Positions 24,681 through 34,671 of a stretch of 64,000 bases of DNA are shown piece after piece (within the stretch, counting starts at the first letter, position 1; every line of letters starts with the position of its first letter). Source of the stretch: Macrostomum lignano. Its lineage: Eukaryota. The DNA is taken from positions 62,437-126,436 of the forward strand of contig NIVC01003000.1 of the NCBI GenBank assembly GCA_002269645.1, written 5' to 3'. Below the pieces are notes generated by a model, which saw only the letters and a program-made list of their open reading frames with translations, was not told the DNA's origin and searched no databases. The translations under genes and the position numbers were made by a program.

Positions 24681-27174
24681 ACTGACGGACCTGCTGCAGC
24701 TATTCGAAAGCACCCTGCCTCCTGGCTCCAAGATCCCCACGTCACCCTATCTACTGCGCAAGGCTCTCGGGGTGAACTGCACACACTACTGCCTGTCCTG
24801 CCTGGCTGAAGTCCCGGAGCAGGCCCCCGCCTGTCCATGCTGTGCTGCCGCTCTCACAGCTGACCTGCGCGGGACCTACTGGCAGTTGGACATACTGAGC
24901 CAAGTGAGACAGTTAATCGAAACGCAGGGACTGCTGCGCAAGGTGGTGTTTCCGGCTGATCAGTCGGCCACAGAGGAGTCGCTGAGTCGCAGTACCTCCA
25001 GCAGATACCAGTATTTCAAGGCCCGTATCGACGTGGCGGCGAAGCAGCATGTCAGCGGAACGGTGAATATTGACTCTTTCCAGGTCAGTCAACTTTATGG
25101 CGTTAAAATCGTTACACTCCGGGCTGCGGCCTATAGTTACAGTCCGATAGTGTGAGTAACAAAATTAATAATTCGTTGCCATTGTGCAGGTCTTTCAAAC
25201 AGCCACCTATTCAATTTGCCCGGTGTACCTGAGCATCAACGAGGTGCCGAACGACTGAAAGGAAAATTTTTAATCATCTGCGGGTTCTGGTGTGGACGCC
25301 GGAAACTGAATTGCACCGCCTTCCTCCGACTTCTTGTACAGCAGTTAAATATTCTGCAGTCGCGTGGCGTGGAGTACTCCACTGGTAAATATTTACTCCA
25401 ACATTGACGGATAAGACGGTCCAAAGAAAAGCATCCGCACTTGGGCTGCGTATTAAATTTTAGGTGGCGGCCCAGACGGACTTTCCGCCGGTCGTCTGTT
25501 CGTGACAATCCTGGTGCTGCTTCTGGATGCACCCCAGCGTGTCGAAGCAACCTGTCTGCAGCAGTTTAATGCGCTTTTCGGGTGTGACCACTGTTACATC
25601 CAGACGGCCCCTGTTCCCGGTGGTGGCGGCCGTTTCTTCCCTCCTGATGTCACGAATGTGCACCTCGCCGAAGCGGAACGGCATGGCTGCCAGAACGTAA
25701 CACGCCGGACTCTGGAGGACACGGTGCACCTCGCCGGTAATAAGGCACCGGCCGCCAGCAACCTGCTCGGCGTGAAGTCCGTTTCGCCTCTGATCGGACT
25801 GGTGCGACAGGGGTTCGACTACATTGTGGACTCGCCGTTCTGCTACTTGCACCAGACGCTGGGTGGCGTTAAGTACATCATCTGCCAGTTGTTCAGCCAG
25901 ATGGACAGAAAGCCAGACAAATATGCAGGTGAGATACAGCTGCGTCTATCGCTACAAATCCATCCCACTTACAGTACATATGAAGAATACGCAGTTGGAA
26001 TCCCCAATAACGGGCTTTCTTACAGTCAATCCTGATCTGCGGCACGACATTCCGACCGTGGACGTAATGACGGCCCAGATCCGGGTTCCAAGGGGCTCCA
26101 TTCAGCGACCTCCCCGCAGTCTCCGGGATCTTCATCACTTCCGCGGGCACGAGTTTGAAGCGTGGCTGCTGGCATACGGCCCTCTGGTGCTGCCCAATGT
26201 GTTGCATGGCGAGTATGAGCGATACCTGCAACACTTCCTGTTGCTGTCATCCTCCGTCTTTTGGCTGACTCTGGAGGGGGCGCCGATGACGGAAGTTGCA
26301 GGGACAAGGGCGAACCTGCGCCAGTTCGGCCATCAACTCCACGGCCTGTACTCGCGACGCGCCAGTACTTACAATATGCACAAGGTGCTGGAGAGTGTCG
26401 TTAAGGGTTTTTAAACAAAGTTGCAGACTTTGTTCTCACTGTCACCACACGGTCATTGAAATTTTTTCCACACAGGTTACTCATCACATGACCGACTATG
26501 CCGAAATGTTCGGCCCTATCCACCTGTCAGCGGCGCAATTCGAGGCGCATCATCATGCTCTGCTCTCCCAGCTGCACGGCAGCCGGAGCCTCGGCGCTGA
26601 GCTGCACGCCGTCATCCAGACGGAGGTCGCCTGTCGGGAACTGCGCGGTAGAGTCCCGCTTCCTCCTGCTGTCCCTGACAACCGGCAGGAAGTGGATGGG
26701 GTGGTTGTGACTCACCCATTGCGACGGACTGACGGGTGCTTCAGACACGCGTTGCTGCCGAACGGCTTCCGTATTGAGGCCTACTCACCTCGGTTGCGGG
26801 CGCGACGCACAGTCTCCAGCTTCGTCGGCATGTTTGCGGACAACTGGTCTCACCCGAGTGATCGCTCCGCACATGACTTCCTCTTTGCCCGTGTGGAAGC
26901 TATTATGCCAAGGGGCCCCCGCGTTATCCTCCGCATCGGACTGCTGCCGGTGGAGCCACCGCCTCCACAGCCAATCTTCAGTGGCGCTGCAAGCCAAGAC
27001 AATGCACCCGGGGGATGCTCCTTCCGGCATGTCCGCCGTCTGCGCTGCGACCCCTTTGGAGAACTTCCGGAGGCAGACATGCGTGAACTGGATGCGCGGC
27101 GCATCTTGGGCGCGTGTGTCCTCACAGACACGCACATCGTGCTCTTGTCGCACGCGCAGGCGTCCCATGCATGA
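24681..27174 (+). pseudogene. EnSpm transposase, 5'-truncated duplicate (one frameshift ~25245; last two exons intact)
   Basis: Duplicate of 13525-16018. ORFs 25824-26414 and 26296-27174 are open where copy 1 is frameshifted. Confidence 0.85.
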
Positions 27175-27732
27175 CAAATTGCGGTGCTGCATGACTGTCT
27201 CAATGTCTGTAAACTGACTGTTTTGTAATTAAAATTTGCCTCTGCCGCCGACTGTTTGAGTTATATGTCTTTTCTTTAAACACTCTTGGATGTCGAATCT
27301 TATAAAATCCGCATACAGAAATGAGAAATTTGAATGGTAATCTAGTATGTACACCTTTTTCTGCATTTGTCTATTGTACATATTTATATTTAATGGAAGC
27401 AAACACTGCTTTTCTTTAATATGCCGTGCATAATTTAATTAATTTTGCTCACATTTCTCCTTCGTTCAGCCAGCGATCCTGCGATGTCAGGTCCCGTTGT
27501 AAAAAACATCCGTTTCAGAGCGTCCGTTTTGCGACTTGTCTCGCTAGATTCGATGCACTGAATTGATTGCTCTGCTCTGTTCTGTTTGCTCTGTTCCACT
27601 GACTGACTCATTGTCTTAGTTGCTTTTGTGAAACTAAAATTCAGTACCCGCGTAACGTTCCATTTCCACATTTGTGACCATTCAATCCCCAGCTAAACTA
27701 CATCCTAGATACATATCAGTACGTTTCCATAT

Positions 27733-29446
27733 ATGTACAGCGACTGCGGTGTTTTGCCCCCCCCCTTGCAGACGCAGCAGACGAAGACCCAGCGCAGGCC
27801 GAGTCAGCGCGCAACAGCGCAGGCTTCTGCAGCAGCAGTAGCAGCAAGCACCAAGCCGAAGAAGGGCCGCAATGTTAACTCCCAGCCAAAAGTCGCTGTA
27901 CACGTGGAGAATCCCACTCCTAGCCAGCAACCCATTCTGTGCACATTCTGCGGGTCCTGGCCCCCCGAGTTCCATTGCGACCGCTGCCCCCCTGTAGGTC
28001 AGCATACGTGCGACGGCTGCAATACACAGTTCCATAATCACCCCGACCGACGCAGTCATCAGCCTGTGCGTCTACACGAAGGTAAGCTCAGAAGATATTG
28101 ATACCGGGTTAAACATTTGCGAAGTCCAAGTCCACACTGTCTCGGATGCACTACAAGTCCCCCTCTCCCACGCCCACACAATCCCTCCAGTAATCAATAC
28201 GGAGCCCGCTGCCCCGTCTGTCTCTGAAGGCGCGGAAAACAGTCAGCCTGCCGCGCTAGCGACAGTCAACGAAGAAGCTGCCGGCGAAGCTGACGACGCT
28301 CCCACAGGTCCGTGCCACCAGTGCAGCTTGCTGGAGGAGCAACTCGGCGAGGCCCGGACGACCGCCAACCGCCTTGACGCGACGATCGTCGAGCTGCGCG
28401 AACAGGTCGCCGAGGCCGCGAGTGCACACCATGCAGAGGTTGCATCTCTCCGGATGGAGATTGACCACCTGCGGAATGTGTTGGCGGACCGAGACGCCGA
28501 CCGACACCGTCTGGATTCTGACCTCCTGGCATTGCAGCGCAACGTCGTTGAGTGGGTGCAGTCCACTCGGCAGCACCTGCAGGGGGACCTGGCACCTCGA
28601 AGCGCGCTACAACGCCATCATTGTCTGGAAAATCGTCGTGATGAGGCTGCGGCAACCGAGTCTACGTTTTTGTCGCAGCTCTACTCCACGGAGGCGGTGT
28701 CGTTCTCTGCTGCCACTGCAGCCGCCACCGTGTCCGCCCAGCCCATGGCCGCCGCTGCTGCTGTGCATCAGCAGGACCTGGCTGCAGGCGGGGCGAGCGG
28801 CACGATGACGCCACTATTGGCCGGCTATAATATCTTGGTAAGGCGTCACACTGATTTTTTACAAAACCAAGTATTTTTACTTGCAATCACTTCCGTTATT
28901 CCGTGTATTTCATTACACTGTCAGGTTCCTGCCCTCACCGCCGTCGTCGTTCGGTCGGCACTAAGTGACTTCAAGCGGGACCCGGACGCTCACAATCGGA
29001 GCCGCCTGATCCGGAAGCTGCTGCAGGCCCTCTTCACCAAAGAGGAGCTGCAAATCAGCAGCTGGTCCGGCAAGACCCGCCGGCCCGGCGCTGCTAACAG
29101 CCCCGAGAAAATGATGCAGGCTCCGTCGGCTGCAAAGCTTGACGTCCTGGCGTCTTTCCTGTTGACGGAGGCCGGCATTGCTGACTGCAACGACGAGGTC
29201 CGGGCCGTGTTTAAGAACATGGCCGACAACAGTCGGCGGGGCTCGCGCCCGAAGGCTGCTCGTCCTGCCCCTGGAGGTGGCGATACGCAAGCCGAAAAGC
29301 GCCCCCGCCATGCAGAGTCTGCTATCACACTGCAATCACGGCCGGCGAATGCGGCGAATGCGTCTAATCCTGAACCGGCGGCGAATAGGGGATCTGCACC
29401 AGTGGTTAATGATGGCTCTGAACCGGCGGCGACTGCGTCTGCCTAA
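27733..29446 (+). CDS. B-box/coiled-coil/BEN gene, duplicate copy
   Basis: Translations identical to 16577-18290. Confidence 0.75.
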
Positions 29447-30463
29447 AAACGTATAATCTGTGTCAAAATAACATCACAAAAATGGTTACACGTTTTCGTC
29501 TTCATGCTGGTTTAAAAGCGCTCTTGCAAGCTAGCTTCAACTCATCCACTGTTTTTTCAGTTGCAAGTTACTAGTGATTCCCCACAAAATTTGTCCCGGC
29601 GAAAAGTTCATTATTGCTGCACCGGGATATCTGTTGAGTTTGACTCAACAGCGCCATGCTTTTATTGTTCTTTAGTACTTTGCAATGCATTACAAAAAAC
29701 AAAAAAATTACATTGTGGCTCTCATTACATTTCCAGCTCCACTGTTTTTGCTGCTCCAGCTCCACAGCATTTTATTATGTTCCAGTTCAAGATTTACGTT
29801 TACAACTTTCTTTGCTGTTTGTATTACTTTCTTGTTACAGCTACGACTTTTATGCAGCTTGTCTTTTTGCTCAGTCATTTGCCAGCGAATTAATGTTAAT
29901 GTTAATGTTAAAAAATAATATTTAATTAAATACATACGTTCCTAGTTGTGTTATAAATTAAAAAACCAATTAAGGTAACTAGCTAAAAATTTTCAGCCAT
30001 TATCTCTTACACTTTTGATTATTTTCTACGTACGCTCGTACGGGACGCAGCTAGTACAGTGTATTCCCGAAGTACCGCGGCGTAAGCAATTACCGGGCAA
30101 GGCGTATTTCAAGCGTAGCACTGGCGTATGCCAGGCTGGCAACATGCGTATCTCAAGCGTACCGCGGGCGTAAGCTTAGCGGGCAAGGCGTATTTCAAGC
30201 GTACCGCGAGCGTTAACCCCACCCCAAACCCCAGCTGGTTAGGCGTGCGTGGGCGGTTTCTAGGCGTATTTTTGGCGGTTTCTGAAAATGTGCCTCAGTT
30301 TTACGCCTGTTTTACGCTTCTTTACGCACAACCTGCTATGTTTACGCCAAGTTTACGCGAAGCTCCCCCATCCTCCCCATAGCCGCGCACCCCCACCCAC
30401 CCCTCCCCCGGAGCGTTTTTAAAGCGCATTTTAGGCGTATTTCGCGCTCCGTTTTCCAGCGGG

Positions 30464-31979
30464 GTCAGCAGGCCTGTCGCTGCTTCCAGGTCTCGCAGGC
30501 TGAGGTCGCCATGCGGCCGGAGGTTCCGCTTTCTGAAGGCAAACTGCTTCTGGATTTGGACACCCGCGTCAAGCAGACGACGGGTGGTTTTCATTGCCTC
30601 CCCTCTAACAAAGAGGTCGAGGGGGGGAATGTCCAAGAAGGAGTTCATGCCAGCGAAGGGCGTAGAGGGAGCCGCGCTCATGATAGCTCGACAAGCGCGG
30701 CCTTGCACCCTATTTAAAGCCTCAAGAACCCCTTTCACCTCTAGGGCACTGTTCCAAATGAAGCCGGCGAAGGAGATGGCCGGTCTAACAATGGCAGTGT
30801 AAATCCACCAGAGGCGGCGGGGGTGAGGCCCCAGGTAGCACCGAAAGCTCTGCGGATCTGCGCGAGAGTCGCGAGAGCTTTGCGGGCTTTCGTTTGGACG
30901 TGCGGGGTCCAGCTCAACCTGTGGTCGAGGGTGACGCCCAGACATCTAGTTTGTTTCTCCATGGCAACAGGTTTGCCATAGAGGGAGAGCGGTTCGATCC
31001 TCCAGTTTCGGCGGCTGGTGAACATGATAGCCACGGTTTTAGACTCAGAGAACCTGAGGCCGCAGCTATGTGCCCAGCGCTCGGCACGGTGAATGAAGGC
31101 TTGAAGGAGGTCCCTGAGGACCGCGGGCGATGGTCCAGCCACAGTGGCGGTAACATCGTCCGCGTAGCCGACCTTCTGAACAGGGTCCGGATGCGGGCTG
31201 CAAAGCAGCTCGTGGTCCGCCCTTCTGGACTTCCACGGAGCGTGAGTGTCCCAGGAGGTGCGAGGTGGCAGTACGATGGGAGACTATGTACATGATCCAG
31301 CGGGTGAGGTGCTCGTGCGTGCCCCGGGATTCCAGGGCTCGCTTAAAGGCTTCAAAGAGCACATTGTTGAAAGCACCATCAATGTCGAGGAAAAGCGACA
31401 GCGCGTATCCACTGCCAAGCACGGCGCGCTCCAGCTTGTCGACAATGGCGTGCAGCGCACTTTCGATGGAACGTCCAGGACGAAAGGCGTGCTGATTAGG
31501 GGAGAGCGGGGAGTTCCTCAGCTCAACGAGGAGAAGGCGCCAGAGCACCAGCCGTTCCATCAGTTTGAGGAAGAAGGACGTCAGACTGATAGGGCGGTAA
31601 GCTTTGGCGGAGTGATAGTCTCCCTTTCCTGGCTTGGGTATGAAGACTACCGTAGCCTCTTGCCAGGCTTTTGGCACATAACCGAGGGTAATGCTGGCCT
31701 TGAAGAGGTTGCAGAGGAGGCCGAGACACCTGTCATTTTTAACTGCCTCATGAAGGAAGGCAGGATAAATGTTGTCAGGACCCGGGGACTTGAAAGGAGA
31801 GAAGGATTTTGCGGCGCGAGCCGTCCTCTCTCTAGTAATGATGGTCGAAGCCAGGATCTGTCCGCCCGGAGAGTGGTCCGGTGGGCCTAGCTGCGGTGCG
31901 GCACGTGGGAAAGAGCTGGTGAGCATAATGTCCAGCGATTCCCCAGGGTTCTCAGCGAGCCGGCCGTCCGGTCTTTTAA
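30464..31979 (-). mobile_element. LINE A RT segment, duplicate copy
   Basis: Duplicate of 19308-20822. Confidence 0.9.
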
Positions 31980-32178
31980 CCTCTTCCGAACTGAAGAGGA
32001 TTTTATTCATCTCCGTTCCGGTCGGATGGTAAGCAGCGCTTACCATAGACTATTCCTTTCAGCAGAATGGTTTGCTAAGTCTGTGGTCATTCCAGTCTGA
32101 TAAAAAGACATTGACTATGAATAAGGCCCAAAACTAAGTCTCCATAAACTAACATAGAAAGTTTTACAGCTGAAGATT

Positions 32179-32608
32179 ATGGCTGCACTCATGGAAGAAT
32201 TTGAAAGTTTTTCCGATTCGGACTTAATGACGTCCGATGAAGAAGAAGACATCATGTCAGAGGACGATTATGGTGAGTCGGACGGCCAGAGCACTGCCGA
32301 AGAGACGGAAGAGCTGTCTTGGCATTCTGTAGTTGCTGGGCATGACGTGCAAGCGAATTTGCACGAGTTTCTAGGGACACCTGGACTGAATCCAGGAATT
32401 TGCGTACCTGGTGATGTTGAGCAGGCAACGTCCTTTTTTCTCGGTCTTTTTTTGTCCAATAGCCTTTTCGAAGACCTGGCAAAATGGACTAATCGAAGAG
32501 CCTGGGCGGCGATCCACTCTGTCAATGTCAACGACCTGCCTCGGAGTTTTGCGCAATGGAGAGATTGCAGTGCGAATGAAGTAAAGAAAGTGTTAGGAAT
32601 GTGCCTTT
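32179..32608 (+). pseudogene. piggyBac transposase N-terminal part (copy 2)
   Basis: Identical translation to 21022-21451. Ends in TSD GTGCCTTT (32601-32608). Confidence 0.85.
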
Positions 32609-32895
32609 GCACGCGAAGGCGTATTCAGCATGCCAGTGAAGTATGAGACAGACTAGGCCCATGGGCTAAGGTCTGCGATGCTTCACGCCTGCCCCTATCT
32701 TCAGCAGGTCAAGGCTGGTGGGAGGTCTGCACCCTCTATTTGCCTCTGGCAGCCGCAGACCCCCCCCCCACGCTGTCTCGCAAGTCGACCCAGGGTACTC
32801 GTCCCCGCGTGTGTTCAAGGCAGTCCCTAGGGCTGCTGGACAGACTGGGCTCCGGCGCTGGCGACCCTATCCAGTGGCTTCGGCCGAATTTGGGT
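32609..32895 (+). ncRNA. HDV-like (nested double-pseudoknot) self-cleaving ribozyme candidate at the LINE B 5' end
   Basis: P1 GCACGCG(32609-15)/CGCGUGU(32806-12) with a G1.U wobble. P2 ACCCA(32788-92)/UGGGU(32891-95). P3 GGG/CCC. L3 UACUCGU. P1.1 A-U and C-G with GU(32813-14). J4/2 CGAA at 32885-88. Folded by hand. Confidence 0.65.
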
Positions 32896-33126
32896 ATGCG
32901 GGTCTGGCTCGCCAACCTGCAGGCCGTGGTACTGCTCAACGTACTCTCTAATGCCTAAGGTGTTGACCGTGCCGATGGGCTGGAAGGCCGGGGAGTAGTC
33001 CGGTCGCAAGCGGTCCCCCTCCTGGTGTCGGGCCAGCCTTGAGGGTGCTATTGGCCTACTGCCCGGTCAGGTGGAGCGGCCGGGTGGGTACCGCGCCCCT
33101 TTGAGGGTAGCCCACCAACCTTTATC

Positions 33127-34632
33127 ATGGCCTTCGAGCCGACTATGGATAAACAAGCTATTTCTAGGGACGGGGACCCTTCTAAACCCCAACCTCAGTC
33201 CGAAGGACCGGCCGGCCCTGCTGGCAGATCCCAACCGACTGATTCAACTGTGGCAAAGGAAGGACCGGCTGGCTCTGCTGGCAGATCCGACCAGAGCTAC
33301 CAAACTCAAAATACCCTAAGACCTGCCAGCTCCGCTGGTGGATCTAAGGGAACCGCGAGCTCTGAGCCTAAAGGACCGGCCAAATCTGGCAGATCCGATG
33401 AAGCTCAGCGGGCTCGGCTTGAGCGCAAACGCGCTAAACAACGCGCCAAAAGGCAGGCCAAGAAGGGAGCTGCGGGGGCCAAAGCGGCGGCGTCCACCAT
33501 GGATGCTGAAGCGACTGGAGTCCCAAGGCAACCAGGCGGGCCGGCCGGTGGAAGCTCCAGTAGTTCAGCGGCGGCGCTCCCTGGAGCTGCTGCCGCGGCT
33601 GCTGAGGCCGAAACCACGGCGCAACAAATGGCCACTGCCAACAAGGAGGTTCCTTCGGGAGCTACCTTTGCGGCGAAGGCCAAGGCCAAAATCCCGGGAG
33701 TGATCATCCAAGGTCGCGACCAGGACTGGACCACTGATCAGCTTCAAAAAGTGTGGAGTGCTGTTGACTCCTATCTGATTGAGCTGACTGTCGAGGAGGG
33801 AATCTCCATCGGCGTTGAGCGGATGGTGCTGCGAAGCACATTCGTTCTTATTGCTCCTAGCAGCGAGGAGGACGCTCGGCGGCTGCTCCAGCGGCTACCG
33901 ACGGTCTCCTTGGATGCTGACCTTGGCGGAGCTCTTTTTCTTCGCGAGGGCCAGCGTCCAAAGACGATACCCTATGTGGTTTTCGTCCCTGCTAAGAGCA
34001 CCGCAGCTGGACCAGACGTTATTCGCCGGGTCCTACTGCGTCTGAACCCCGACCTCCCTGCTAGTGGACTGGTGTATCACCGTAAAGTCCGCAGGGGGGA
34101 GACGGGCAACTCAATTGTCCTCGGCCTTTCCAGCACTTGGGCGAGTCGGTACCCTAATGGATCCTCTTTCCAGCTGGGTGCCCTCAAGCTCAAGTTGCGC
34201 CGAGGAAAGTCTGCCAAAGGGAAGGCTACTGCCAACCCCGGCATCTCCGGCAAGAGCGGGGCGCAGTCTAAGGCCCAAGGAAAGGCGCAAGCCGATCCCA
34301 AAGCCAAAGCTGCATCTCGCCCCTCTGCTAGCAGCAGTTCGGCGACCGCGGTAACGGCTCCGGCCGAGCCCCGGGAACCAAACCTGCCAGTCGGAGAAGG
34401 AGTTGAGGACGAGGCCGGGTCTTCGGAATCCGAGCTCTCCTCGGCCACCTTGGTGGGGTCTGAAGGTAAAGATGCAGGTGAGGAAGCTTCCTCCATCCTG
34501 TCATCGGAGCCTGAGGACTCTGCTGGGGGGGCCGGTGGGGGTGAGGAGGCCATGGACGTCGACCAACTCCCATCTCCCAGTCAAGCCCCAGCGGCCTGGG
34601 ACGAGGACGATCTGTTGTCCAAGTCTCCTTGA
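33127..34632 (+). CDS. LINE B ORF1 (501 aa): low-complexity termini, central DUF4780-like domain, no CCHC knuckles
   Basis: Intact ORF. RPKTIPYVVFVP...RVLLRLNPDL...SIVLGL...FQLGALKLKLR resembles the DUF4780 of Loa/Lian ORF1 proteins. Confidence 0.8.
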   Translation: MAFEPTMDKQAISRDGDPSKPQPQSEGPAGPAGRSQPTDSTVAKEGPAGSAGRSDQSYQTQNTLRPASSAGGSKGTASSEPKGPAKSGRSDEAQRARLERKRAKQRAKRQAKKGAAGAKAAASTMDAEATGVPRQPGGPAGGSSSSSAAALPGAAAAAAEAETTAQQMATANKEVPSGATFAAKAKAKIPGVIIQGRDQDWTTDQLQKVWSAVDSYLIELTVEEGISIGVERMVLRSTFVLIAPSSEEDARRLLQRLPTVSLDADLGGALFLREGQRPKTIPYVVFVPAKSTAAGPDVIRRVLLRLNPDLPASGLVYHRKVRRGETGNSIVLGLSSTWASRYPNGSSFQLGALKLKLRRGKSAKGKATANPGISGKSGAQSKAQGKAQADPKAKAASRPSASSSSATAVTAPAEPREPNLPVGEGVEDEAGSSESELSSATLVGSEGKDAGEEASSILSSEPEDSAGGAGGGEEAMDVDQLPSPSQAPAAWDEDDLLSKSP

Positions 34633-34671
34633 TGGCCCTGGGCTCTAGCCAGATATTGCATTTAATACAGT

